Positions 40,151 to 53,359 of a stretch of DNA of 64,000 nucleotides are shown here, piece by piece (position 1 is the first letter of the stretch; every line of letters begins with the position of its first letter). Source of the stretch: Phoronis australis (lineage: Eukaryota; Animalia; Phoronida); contig NMRA01000222.1 of NCBI GenBank assembly GCA_002633005.1, positions 594,988 through 658,987 on the forward strand, read 5' to 3'. The position numbers and the translations under genes are program-made. The notes beneath the pieces were generated by a model. It was given only the letters and a program-made list of their open reading frames with translations, was not told the DNA's origin and ran no database searches.

Positions 40151-41649
40151 TTGGTTCTCAAAGTGCAGGACCTTGGCAGTGGCTATATCATTATTGCAGG
40201 ACTGTATGCTATGAAAGATACCTCCTCAAAGGCAAAAAGTATCGCCAAAAGCAGATCAGTAGGGCATTAATAAATGTTGATCAGGTTGCATCTCAGGTGA
40301 CTGGGTGTTTTGGCTTTGCATTATCGGTGGTATGGTCCCGATAGGGTAAATAAGAGCTGGGGGACATGGGAAGATTGACCCAAGTGGTTGCTTTTATCTT
40401 ATTTGCCCCTTCTTGGAATTTTAGTATGCGACAAGGGCCTTTCCTGAAACTCATTTTATCATGAAGGCAGACTGGGAATTTGTGTGATTGTAATCTTTTT
40501 AAAGGATCATCGTAGTGTGCATCAGCGCTGCATCAGCAACAAATAGCACGACTCAAGCAACAGTGACAGCATGATTAGAGTATCGAGGCATGTGCAGAGG
40601 AATGGGTTTAGGTGGCAGTTGATCTTTGGTATCATTACATGCAGGTGTGCTCTGAATTCAAGGCAAGAAACACTCTTGTTTCATACGCAATGGAACCGGT
40701 TCCTACAAAACTTTTGTGTTATCAAGTCCCTCTTGTTGTTTTCTTTCATCAGTAATCATACAACTTTAATAGGTAACAAAACTGAAAACCTGTACTAAAA
40801 TGCATTGCTAAGTAGCACCAGTGTTCCTGGTCCTGTGCAAAACATAGTCCACATCTCGTCCCCGCAGGGGTGATTCAAAATGTCATGCAACCGGAGAATC
40901 CACTGAGTCCTAAATAAGGTAAGCGGGGCCCCTGTGTCGTCGCTTTAGGTGCCCCTGAAAAGTGGTGGTGACACGTTTTAATTTAATGCTTGCCGCTCCA
41001 AGCAAATACAGTATATCCATGAGACGTGCCGCTCACTCGTGTGGAACGTACTTTAGTGGTGCCCTGATACGGCTTTTCAGTATGATTGAAAAATGTCCGC
41101 GGGTAACTATGTGATATCGAAATATGAGGCGGGTCGCTTTTAATGGGGTCTAAATTTCATGTGAACTACTGAAAAAACTGTCAAGATTTGGAGCATATGA
41201 ATCAATGACAAGTTTTTAAAGTTCATTAGGGCGTTCTCCCGTTCAGTGACTGTACCAAACAAAAAGCGGCTGTGAACGTGTGGTAACATTTAGCTCCTTT
41301 GTTAATTGCAGAGAATAGCCTTTTTGTGGTATTAAAACATGCAGGCCAATTATCTACCAGGTTTTTACCGATCACATATGAACACAGTCAAATCAGCGCG
41401 TTATATGTTTGGACAGGATAGATTGCTTTACCGTCGATTGTAGTTGGGTGATTTTGGTGATGCAAACACTACAAGCACGATTAGTATTTGTTGGGGAATT
41501 CAGAAATGTTAGCGGTTGATGTTCAAACATTTTCTAACTTAAATTATTTTAACAGAACAGCCTAGTTAGGCTAGATACGATCTTATCCGGGATTAGAGCA
41601 ATTATAGAACAAAAGAGAGCTGACCCTCAAATCCAACTGGCGATTGGCC

Positions 41650-44447
41650 CATTATCCTATAGGATCCTATAGGATTTCTATCGGATCCTATAGGATTTCC
41701 TATTGGATCCTTTAGGAAATCCAATAGGATTCTATAGGAATCCTTTAAGATACCATATAGGAATTCTTATAAGACTTTTAAGAAATCCATCAGAATTTCC
41801 CCATCATAGCATTTTTAATGCATACATAATACAACAAAACAACAGTGTTCTCAACAAAAGAAATTATTTGGAAACATGCAACAGGAACACAGGCAACCTC
41901 AAAATTCTTGTAGAGCAGTTTACTCTGTTCTTAAACAAGGTCAACAGCAGGATATCTATATATGTTACAAATGATGCACTCAACTGGGGCTACAAAGGAC
42001 TTGTGTGTTCTTTTTTTGCTTTTCAAAACATGTTAAAGGAGCATGCCACTCAAAAAACAACCTAATTTGTATCAATTTAGATCGAGTAGTTCTACTCCAT
42101 AACGACACGTACGGTTGCGTTAACTGACACCTGACGGCAGACGGAGGTTTTGAAATTATCAAATGACGTCATCGGTTTCACACGCAGTCTTTTCAGCAGT
42201 TCACAACACGGGTTACTGGTGTCAGCTTATCGCATGAATTCATCGTTAAACACCAATAAATCATAACACTTCAATGTAAAACCCTTAAAAATACACCGAG
42301 GTCTTATAAAAACGTGTTGTTTTATTTCGCTTTTACGGATTTATTGGTATTTGGACACACCGTAGCCTACAAAGTTCGGTAGGCCAATATTGTCCGTAGC
42401 AGGAGTTTGGGGTCTGTTCGGAGATAATTTCGAAGTATTTTTCGTGAAATACAGACATGAGAACCTAGATCTGTGTTGTTTAGGCTAGTGATTTTTTGAG
42501 TTCTAAACACAAAACGCTTGTCAATCTGGCCAGTGGCTCGGAGCCTGATCAAACCCGTCGCGGCCGGCTGGATTGACTCGTTATCCCGGCCAGTGGCTCG
42601 GAAACTGATCAGACATCACGAACATAAACCAGCCAAAGTTCAGTGGAAACTAAACTTGCAGTCAAGAAAATATTATACTAGTGGGCCAAAGAAGAAATGT
42701 GCACGTGATTATGTTGGTGAATTAGCCACGAAACTGCAAATCTACTTAGTCGTCGAGACCGCGAATTCAGAGGTTCCGCTTTGGCCATAGCATAGTCTGG
42801 GCAGAAGTTGTACATTGACAATCATTATTTGAGTAATGTAAATTTAAATAAAGATTCCCCTATCACCTGGCCGTGGGATGGAAATCGAGTTGTTTCACCA
42901 CAGTTTCTGTCAGCAAACACTAAATTAGCATGAGCTTACACGGTCTCGGTGTCCCGTTAACTAGTTTTATTGCACCTAAAGCTGGTAACGCAGTGATTTA
43001 TTCATTGCTGGCTTCTCAAACCATTTGCACTCACGAAAACTCCAAAGGCATTACAAATTGCATCTAATGAGACAGACTTTGATTCATTTTTTTATAAGTA
43101 TTGGTAAGGGTGAGAATAATTCATTTTGAAACAGAACGCTCAGTAATAAACACCAACATGGCAACTCGCAATCCTGACTTAGGACGAGCTAGAACTCATC
43201 AGTCCCGACTTCGCAGGTGGATCGTTAAGTTTTACAGGCTATCAATTCGAACATGAATACGGTGATGAAGAAAAACTAGAGAGGCGCCGTGAACAAGCTC
43301 AGACAACGGAACGTATGTAGTTATTTGGTAAGCCGGCGTTCGTCAGGCACTGTCGACGTCTGCAGGCCACAGACACGGAGATGTTTCACGGCCTCATACT
43401 GGCTATTTACAGCGTACATTTCATTCTTCACTACCATGAGCCACTTCCTAAGCATTTCGGACTTTCGAGGAAGTAAAAAAATACGATATACCCGCTTTCC
43501 TCGTAGCTGCTTAGTTCGGACAAGCGGGAACAATGCACGGTTACATAGCGTTATTCACTGTGCATATTAACCACTGACGTCTCTAGCGTCGTGTCTCACC
43601 TTCCTCACGTGTTATCGCGACACCTATTGGCAAGGTAAGGTCAACCGTATGCGAGACGATGTGGATATAGACCGATTAAGACGGCAAAAAGACTAATTAA
43701 ATCGGGTGGCATTCTCCTTTAAAGTATGTTGATATTTAAATGCTGAATGCTATAGGTTTTTATAAGTTTCTCTTAGATAGTCAAAGCTGTAAGCTTATGT
43801 CGAGTGTTTTAATTGCTGTTAAGATAACAGCTCATTGAATTGCATTTCCGTGACACCTGTCCATTTTAGCCACGAAGCCATACACACAATCAAAACGTTA
43901 GACACACCACTATAATTTACAATTCCAGAAATGAAACAGCTTTAATGGCTGCTATATAGTTTACCCTTTTATGTTATGTTTTCATCTAGAGGAAGTTCAG
44001 TAGGATTCTATGAGTTCAATAAGATTCTATAGGAAGTTCAATAGGAATCTATATGAAGTTCATGTTGAATCCTATTGAACTTCCTCTGGAACCCTATTAA
44101 ATTCCAATGGGATTGTAAATGAAGTTTTATAGAATTCTACACGAGGATGAAGAGGTTCTTATAGGAAGTTCAATATGATCCTATAGGGAATCCAATATGA
44201 TTTCCTATAGGATAGGATTTCTTTTTGAATCCTATTCGAATCCTATAAGATTTCCTAAAGCATCCGAAAGAAAATCTTATAGGATTTCCTATACGATCAT
44301 ATAGGAATTCTTTAGGATATCCTATAAGAAACCCTATAGAAAAAAATTCCCTATAGGATATTTTTCTATAGGAATTCCTTTTGGATATCTTGATGCCATA
44401 GGAATCCTATAGGAAATCGATATTCCTATGGAATTCCTATAGGAGTG
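41650..44447. mobile_element. Non-autonomous element with cctatagg subterminal arrays
   Basis: Dense tcctatagga palindrome arrays at about 41657-41800 and 43990-44445 flanking a unique interior. Confidence 0.65.
43321..43718 (-). mobile_element. Kolobok-like terminus with THAP-domain remnant
   Basis: TTAA|AGGAGAATGCC end at 43722-43708; IFLLPRKSEMLRKWL...LRVCG matches THAP F.FP......W...RVC. Confidence 0.65.
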
Positions 44448-45507
44448 CTACAGTTGTCAATACGAGTTGTTCTGTCTTGGAACTTTAGGGGTTTATTCCG
44501 CCATGTTTTTTTTCTGAGTTTGTATTTCCTCAAGTGCGGTTTCCGTAGACGTTAATTAAACATTACGTAGAAGGTGTAACGATATTGTGGTGGTTGCTTA
44601 ATGCTAATGGTATAGTTTAGACTTAGTAACTTAGACTGTTTTTTGTAAACGTTTCAGAAAACCGATATGAACACCGATGCAATACGATGTATCAACGTTT
44701 GAGCAGCAATATTGTTATAGCGTGCCATGGAATCGACAGAGACTACCATAGCTCCAGGGCACATCTTTGTATAACCAGTAAGTGAGAATGTAAGATAAGG
44801 CCCAAACTTGAGCACAGCCTAGGGACCAGTTATCGTTAATCCGCCTCTGGTGTTAACACAACCATAAAATATGGATAACACCACCTTTTCAACAGCGGCG
44901 AAGTACCGACATTTAACATGGAAGAATAAGCGGAGGCCATTTTTCAACAATGAAAAAGTGACCCCGGCCATTTTGTCACGGGGGTCAAAATTTAATGTTA
45001 CACAGGCTTAGCCGATATAAAAACTCTGACGATGACACTGCCAAGGACGCCACCAAACACGACCAGGCCAATATAAACGTTGACGACAACGATGATAGCT
45101 TAGATACACAGATGTTCATACAGTGAAGAAGCCTACGAAACCCTTAATTTAAACGAAATAAAAGTTATGTGGTAACGATGCGAATGAGGATGACGGGAGT
45201 CGTGACAGTGATAACGACAGCGGTAATAAGGACAAATATTTATTAAATGATTATACATTTGAAGAAAATCAAGGTACACGTAAGCACAATCGACAAGCCA
45301 CTAAATAATTATAAGTCAAGAAACATAAAACAATCGATAATTTTGAGTAACTCGCCCACACTAGAAAATCCGCTCTTAATATTTTATGAAGAAGATGTTA
45401 CTGAATAAAATTCTAAACAGTCCAAACTTAAATGGTAGTTGCTTTTCAAAAAGTTTACAGCCTTTCGCTAACAAAGCAAATAAGGTTTTCAAAAATGTTT
45501 TGCTTAC

Positions 45508-45685
45508 CGTGTGCCTCGATGTAACCAACGTCGTTGGGGTTGACATCACAGTCTATCAATAATCTTTGCATGAGACTCTTCTGCTGTTTACTAGATGGCT
45601 TAGTTATAGGGGTCGCTGAATGACCATTGTGATTTACAGCGCTTCCTACAATTGTACCCCATATCTTGTTTCCGTCTTCATAAGC
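45508..45685 (-). CDS. Internal PKS ketosynthase exon (178 bp)
   Basis: Encodes AYEDGNKIWGTIVGSAVNHNG...VGYIEAH plus 1 nt. Acceptor ttaAG at 45687-45686, donor GTAAG at 45507. Splicing to 34409 rebuilds the canonical EAHGTGT KS motif. Confidence 0.93.
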
Positions 45686-46879
45686 CTTAAATCGAAATTG
45701 CGGGAATCGATGAAACACGGTGTTAACCAAAGACTGAACCAGTCTATCTCAAATTAATGCAACCTGGTTCAGAAAGCGTTGCAATTGATGAACACTGTAC
45801 TCTGGTTGGCCAACATGTGGAATTAGTAAATTTCTGTAGCCTTTAAATTTAACCGATTTTCAGTCATAGTGCCAAAACATTTCATTACATTATGCTGGAA
45901 TTTGCAATTGTGATTGAAAAATTACGAACAATATGGCTAATCCCTTTGTTGTTCGCACTGAATGAAACAAGACCAAGGAGTTAAGATTCCCCGGCCAAGT
46001 AGATCTTCTAAAGTAACGTGTCTAGAGACAGATTCATTTGTCAAATAGGCACGAGACTGTTCCGTAATGAGCGTTTTATCTCTTGTAATTTTACCAAAAA
46101 ACTTGCAAAAGTGAACCGTCAGAGGATCACAGATAATTTTGTGTGTATTTGTTCTCCGCCAGGAGTTCATTGGCTTATTATTCCCCCCGATTTTCATTGA
46201 TTGAAGCTTCATCAACATGTTGTTGTAAGAGCATATATCATCTGAAGAGACTAGGTTTGTAGTCAATCTGAAGTTACAAAGAATGGCATGGGTCATATCA
46301 ACGCAGAGTGTCCAGCTTTACAAACAAAGGCACAGAAACGAGCACTGGTACATGTACTCCGTAAAATGTAACAGTTGTTACCATTTACGTTGCTAAGCTT
46401 CTCCTAAAATGTTGAAAGTTGTTACATTCTACGTAGTTGTTACAATTCACGTGGAATGAACACGTGAGAAAAGTATCATGTAACATGCGAGAAACCAACG
46501 CCACATTACAGAAAAAAACAACCAAAATCACAAACAAGTGGCATCTCACACGTCCGGGAGGTAACCAAGTATTCTTGAACGACGGGTGGTGACCAACAAT
46601 TTGGATACCACGTGTTTAGGGAGTGGTCTCGGACAAAAAAAATGACTCAATTAGAGAATGATTTTGTATAAAAATTTATATTTTTTCTCAATTGCGTCCT
46701 AAAAAATTTTTTAAAAGGCACCCTTTTACATACATGCATTATTTGTCAAAAATGTCAACATTTTAGAGATTAGTTTTTGATGTGAAAAAAACCTTTAGGG
46801 ATTTACTTTTCGTACACCTCTTCTATAGGAATGCCCTCCTCGCCGACATGGCACAAATTTGGCTGTCCATTATCAATTT

Positions 46880-47030
46880 TATTAGTATTAAATAAGTATT
46901 ACTACTATTAATACTATCACTACTTTTACTGTTATTACTACCTTTACTACTATTACTGCTATCACTACCATTTTTCGCCATCGTTATCGTTATCCTCAGG
47001 ATTATTATTATTGTTATTACTACTATTTTT
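46880..47030. repeat. Degenerate (TAC/TAT)n trinucleotide microsatellite
   Basis: tactactattaatactatcactac...attattattattgttattactact. Confidence 0.7.
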
Positions 47031-47188
47031 GAATTTATTTAACCATCACACACTACAATATACACAATGGTTGTTGAACAAAATGCTAATACATTTTTGT
47101 TCATTGTTTTCACCTGGTTTCTTATACATGTAGTAAACAGCTGGTCCTGTTTCAAAAGAATTTTAAAGGGGTTCCTATGTTCAGCCTT

Positions 47189-47822
47189 CACCAGGCTGCC
47201 CAACTGGCAAGGGAACATGAAGCAGTCCTTGGAAACAAGGAACTCTTCATACTCTCAGACAGCCAAGCAGCTATTAAAGCTCTAACTAAGCCCAAGATCA
47301 ACTCCCAATGTGTCCTGGCCTGTGTAAACGAGCTCAACCACTTATCAGCTAGTAGAACTGTTCATGTGAACTGGGTTAAAGCCCATGTAGGCATTGACGG
47401 TAACAAAGCTGCTGACAAAGTTGGAAAAGAAGGAGCAAGTGCACCCTGTTTTTTACTAGAACCTTGCCCTTGCATACCAGTTGCCTATACGTGTTGCAGA
47501 GCAATGGTAAGACGCTTGGTGTGTAAACTGTCCGAGGATGCATCGAGAAAGCTCTCTGCCTGCAGACAAACCAACCAACTTTTCCCAAGTCCTATTGAAC
47601 CAAAAGGTTCAAAGAAACTGTTATGCTTAGACAGGCTTGCTATGAGGCAGTTCTGTCTTTCTGAAACAAACATGCAGATTGGAAGATTTCACGAATGAGG
47701 AATCCGGTGACGTTGTTTCCCCATGAGTCATAATCAGGTGACTAGTGTAATGTGCCCGGCCTTGTGGCCTAAGCACGCCTGATGTACGGCAAAAGGCATC
47801 AGAACGTCTGCACCTTTTTATT
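47189..47822 (+). mobile_element. Second, heavily 5'-truncated LOA-like LINE (RNase H fragment and 3' UTR)
   Basis: SDSQAAIKAL, WVKAHVGIDGN and IEPKGSK align with 11030-11460; 9-bp TSD ttcagcctt at 47180-47188 and 47823-47831; T-rich tail. Confidence 0.9.
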
Positions 47823-48399
47823 TTCAGCCTTAACGATATTGTGAGAAACGAGGAGGTTGAGATTCAAAATCTTGATTAAACGTGCACCAACTCCAAAAAA
47901 TGATTATTTCTGAACTAGCGGCAAGCACTGCATTGTTTGTAGATATAACTCTATGGTTCTGTAGTTTGCCAAGAAGAACTAAATTCAGGCCGTGCTCTTT
48001 TACTTGCCACTTACATGAAAACGTGAGGCTACCCACAGTGTAATCATTTCTGTCGCTTGTTGAAAACATTCATTTTCTAAGAATTGTGGCTCGTGCAAGT
48101 ACAAAAATTGCGCTAAGTTGAACTCTAAATGAAGACATGTTTCTAGTAACTAATCGGCTATGGCTGCAGTCATTAGAATAGCTGGTTGGCAAATAAATGC
48201 GTGGTTTAATTTCCTTTCGTCACAGTATTTGTTAATAGGCATTATCATACTGACTTAACTCCGGTCTAAGCTGAGTGTCGACGTCAACTGCGCAGTCATA
48301 TAAATTATTTAAGTATTAAATTATGTTATGTAAGCTATACTGCTTCGTCCTCATTATTATATTGTTTGGATTCTCGGGTCAGTGACCCTCTTTTTTCTA

Positions 48400-49469
48400 C
48401 GACTATTGGTTTAATTGTACCACGTGATCTCTTTGTCTCGTCGCAACACTGGACCATCGTCCACAATTCTCTCCAAATTTCAGTTTGCACTCAATTTCTA
48501 CGACCTCCGTCACTATCTATGGTATTCATCAAGACTCCAAATCCATGACGGCTTCCCCTCCCCAAGACAAACTCAATAAGGCCTTACATCTCCTCCAATC
48601 CTTCCAGCATAAAAGGTCGGTTCTACTACGTGACCTTCAGTCTCTCATTGGTTTTCTCATTTTCGCTTGCCTTGTCACCATTCCCGGTCGAGCCTTCCTC
48701 CGTCGCCTCATCGATCTCACGCTTCGCATATCTCAGCTGCATCGTCACGTCACTCTCACCAAAGAATCCCGTACTGACATTTGCGCTTGGCTTACATTCC
48801 TCCACTCCTTCAACGGCAAATCCATGTTCCTTTTCGAGCATTGGACCTCTTCTCAATCACTCAAAATGTATACTGGCTCGGCCTCGGTCCACAGGTGATT
48901 CGCTGCGGTTTGCGGGTCTAATTAGTTTTCTGGTCCTTGGCCCTCATCCATCTCTCTTTTTCCCATCACCTTCAAAAAGCTCTTCCCCATTGTTCTTGCC
49001 TTAGAACTCTGGTGACCTAAACTTGCCAACCATCGTGTTCTTTTCATGTGTGACAACCATTCCGTGGTGCATATCATTAATAAGACTCCCTCTAAGGACC
49101 CTAACATTATGCGCCTCGTCCGACGCCTGGTCCTCTCTACCCTACACCATAATACCCATTTCAAGGCAGAACACATTAATGGCAAAACTAATTTCATTGC
49201 CGATACATTGTCTCGCTTTCTTTTCCAGGATGCCTTTCCATGGCTCCATGGCTCTCTCCAACACTGACCACGGTTCCTCAGCACCTCCTTACGTTCTGAC
49301 TTCGCTCCTCCGGGCGTCCCTTGCCCCATCCACCATTTCCACTTACCGCCGCGTCCTTTCATCTCTTCTCGTCTGGCTTAACTGCATCCACCATCTCTAC
49401 CTATGTCTCCGCCATAGGTTTCATTCATAAACTGGACTGCTTGCCTGACCCTACCTCCTCCTTTCTGGT
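48400..49469 (+). mobile_element. DIRS/Ngaro tyrosine-recombinase retrotransposon fragment (RT end, RNase H, start of YR)
   Basis: LQSLIGFL.FAC...PGRAFLRRLIDL, WLTFLHSFNG, CDNHSVV, AEHINGKTNFIADTLSR, LLRASLAPST, STISTYVSAIGFIHKL; cut by the N at 49470. Confidence 0.9.
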
Positions 49470-49470
49470 N
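49470..49470. other. Single N, likely contig join (another at 17570)
   Basis: Sequence content switches abruptly at both Ns. Confidence 0.75.
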
Positions 49471-52400
49471 CATCGCGGTGCAACTGTATTGCCAGTGTTC
49501 CGGTCATGGGCACCTGTATTGCCAGTGTCTACTTCACTCACCCCATTTATCACCCTAGGGCGCCTGTATTGCCAGTGTCCTACTACACTCATTCTCCATG
49601 TTCATTGGCATGCCCTTTCCACTCACTTTTTGGGGGTTTTCCCTCCCGGGCACTCTTTCCCGCCCCCTTTATACTTGTTGGTTTACCCATGCCCTATTAT
49701 GGGTTATTCTCCACATAGCATTTTTCCTCACTTTATATACATGTAGGTTTACTTTTGACGGTGCCAACGTTTGCTGTTACTTAATCTGTATGTATCTTTG
49801 TACATGTCACCGTTTCTGTTTACTTATGCTTATATAGCCAACGTGCTTATTTTCGTTGATGTGTTCCTTATGTACATTCCTCAGTTTTTATCTATTCGTG
49901 TTAGACTTGTATTCCTCCGGGTTTCAGTTACTATGATTTCGACACCTTGTTTTGTCGCTCTGTAATTTTGTTTTGTTTTTTCATGCTGCCTAGCTGTACC
50001 ACTCCATCTTCGTATTTGGCTATTTACGTGCTTACTTTTGCACCCATTTTTCTTATGCCCCTTTTGGCAGCCTCGCTCGCTCTCCCTTGGGTGGGCGGAT
50101 GCATCTTTCTGCTGCATCTGTGGCAGATTGTCACCAACCTTTATAGTTCAGCATATTATGTAATTTTTGTAATTACCGGTATCTGTAGTACATGTAGTTT
50201 AGTTTGTCATAATATATATGACCTTTTATCTCATCTACACCTGTTGTTTCAGTGTAAACTACCTTCGGAATCGCTTCGCAGTTAGCGCATATAAAAACTG
50301 TTCATACTGGCAGGGATTAAGAAACATTGAAGTAAACGCTACATGTAGGTGACCCTGTTGTCATCGGAGTAATCGAAAGGTAGAGCTGCCCTCGAATATT
50401 TTCCCTGTGACAATTTGGGAACATTAACATGTGCAAATTGGCATAAAACTCGTTTTTAATTTGAATGGTGATTATTCGAGCAAAATATAAGCAATTATTA
50501 GCGACGAGACTAGCGTTTAATTGCTGACAATAACAGAGGCACCTGGCGATAACATCGGCGGAACAAAAGTTGACCGTTCATACTGCACCGCAGCGTCGAC
50601 ACTCTACTGTTAAATCCACCTGTTTCTAGTGAAGTTAACTGGAGCTGTTACCTTCGATCCAGAACTGAACTTAAGCGTTCATACTAATTGCTACTCCCCA
50701 AAACATCGACGCGTTGACGTTGGTCCTGAAGATATTAGAATTCGAAACTAAGATGGTAGATAGAACCCGTCGACATCAGATCTTTGGTCTAGCTTTTGTG
50801 TGGAGCAGGGCAAGTGCTGCATTAGCCATGATTCCAAGGCAATAAAAAACTGGCTGAAATTGACCAAAATATCGTGGAGTAAAACGGGCGTTTTTTTCGG
50901 TCAAACTGGATCCCGAAATTAAATTCTCCGTGAAAATTTTTGATATTATCGTTAGTTTCCGCAGAAATACGATTAATAGAAGTCAAATGCGAGGTCATTG
51001 TTTCTGTTGTGCTTACCAGGACACGTGTGTTTGCTGTAATGCCGAGCGACAACAAAAGGTTGCAAATCGCTTTAGCAATGAAAAAAAACTTGTTACCTGG
51101 AGTTGAAACTGTACGGGGTACAATTTTACTATATCATGACAGTACTTATGTTAAAAAGGGAAAGTACACATTTGATAAAATTTCATTCAAGCAATCCGAG
51201 AAAGATGGCTTTAAGCACGTGAACTGTTTTCCTCCATGCGACAAATACGAGGATGTAAACTCATGAAATATGACGCGGTTTTCGTAAATTGTAGCAGTGG
51301 TACACATGTACATTTTCGCATGTGCATTAACGTAAATTGTAACAATTACATAAACTGTAACAGCGTGTTACCATTTAGGAAACGCCTGCTCACGTAAAAT
51401 GTAACAATTCCGTCATTGTTACATTAACAGTTGTTGTATTTTACGAAATTGTTACATTTTACGACGTATCAGAGCACGTTGTCAAGAAACTGCGCAAACT
51501 CGTGGACAGAAAAATTCAAGGGATAATGGGGACATGTGCGTCAAATCTTGTGCGTAAGACAGAAAAATTCAAGAGAACACTAAAAACATAGTGTAGAAAA
51601 TGTGATTATTAGTTCTTGACATAGTGCATGTTCGTAAGTATCTCTGCTAAGTCATAGTCACGGAGTTTAGGATATCATTCTGATAACAATTTGCGACCAA
51701 AACGTAGCCAGTTGATGTCATTTTCAAGAGTTCTTTAGTAAAATAACAATTGCAGAAATGTGTCCCGATGTCTCCTGTATCGGAATCACTAGTTTTTATT
51801 TTTGGAAGTCCTACTCTGAATCAAGTGTGATGACCTATACACAATTCAGTATTCAATGGAATAATCTATCAGTTAGTCTAAAGTTGTTGATGGTTACAGA
51901 ACAGCCCTGTGCAGACACGTGCACACCAGTTTGTAGCCAGCCACCTAGCTGTGTGAAGACTGTCGTCAAAAGACCTCGAAATTGCCCACAGCCAGAGTAA
52001 TTCTGCTCTTCACCTCGCCGTGAAACATGTTTCAACATGTAAAGCTATAGGTCTGACGGGGTGCATGCAAAATCTGAGAATCAACCGACACCCACCTTGC
52101 CCGTTACAGCCGTTTAAGAGAAAAACAATGCAATAAACGTCATTTTATTGCGTAAATCTTCGTCTTTTCTAACAACGAAAAGTATGTCGTTGTTTTGAAA
52201 ACAGTACGCTTGAGTCACGTGCACGCCCCATTTCCTAAATTTTTGCAAAATCTCTCGGGAGATGATGATAGCTTGGCAGCAGCAAAATTTCTTCTGAAAT
52301 TCGTTTTCGGTATCAAAATTCTAAATATTAAGAAAAAAGTGAAACCTGTTCCGATAACATGTCGTGACGTGTACGCAGCTTTGTGAAAAAAGAACAGTTG

Positions 52401-53359
52401 ATTGAAGAATAGGCGAAAGAAGGACCTCATACCGTTTTCAATGATTTCAATAAAACCACACCGCAGCCTTCGCTGCGCGTGTATCCATCCGCCTTGGACG
52501 AGAATGCGTGACATTGACCAGTCCTTGACATCATTCCGGCTTGAGCCAATGCAATAAGGCTTTGTGGAGCCAAAATTCGGTTCACACCACCGACAATAGC
52601 CATGTCGCAGTCACCTGAAGATAAAAGTAGATCGTGTTTAATCGTATGCTAGGACGATGTGTAAACTCTGTTGTCCCTATCGCGCCCATTACAGGACGCC
52701 ATGTGAGCTGGTTGGATAAGTGTTTGCTTCATTTACTAAAGGTCGTGGATTCGAGTTTCACTGGGACACACTGCTGGAGTCTTGAGGTAAGTGTCTACCT
52801 CCTCAGCTCGGTTTTAAATATACATATAATTAGAGCAAAAATGGGAATCCAGGTGATCCGTGCAATAGCTCCGCCTGCGCAGATTGGGCACGTCTGGCAT
52901 ATCGTGTAACTGACAATTACCTTACAACGTTCTCCACTCACACCTATCTATATATTAAAACGCTAATTTCGGGCCCCAATGTTGACATTAAACTCCGTCG
53001 GACATAAAAGAACTCGAGAGCGGTGCGAGGACACCCGGCACCTCCAGACGATTCCTTCCAATTCGACCCCGCCACGGAAAAGCGCGGGGTACTGCGGCCG
53101 CAAATCCCCGGCGTCTCTCTTGTTCTTTTTCTTAATGAGTCGCGGCCAAACACAATTCAGGGGTATTCTTCCTGGGCCTGCATTTACAGCTTACACCTAC
53201 TAGGTCTCGTGCTCAATATTTGGCGGCGAGAGAATTCAAAGAAACTATGACAGCGGTGAATAATTTTCTGAAATCCGAGTAAAGCAAAGAGGCGGCCTCG
53301 GTATTTTATGCGCACCCATTCGCCGCCGCGTAGGCGTAATCTGTGTGCTGCGGTTGCGT

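Larger units (their letters stand above)
34410..45507 (-). other. 11.1-kb GT-AG intron of the PKS gene, filled with transposon remnants
   Basis: Donor and acceptor are phase-compatible and split the Gly codon of EAHG|TGT. Confidence 0.9.

Noticed and set aside
43990-44447. CRISPR-like array (also 53365-53720, 59180-59510 and 49483-49580)
   Set aside because: Short irregular palindromes without unique fixed-length spacers, no cas genes, eukaryotic context.
49471-50290. Hydrophobic ORFs suggesting membrane proteins
   Set aside because: Result of T/C-rich low-complexity sequence next to an assembly join.
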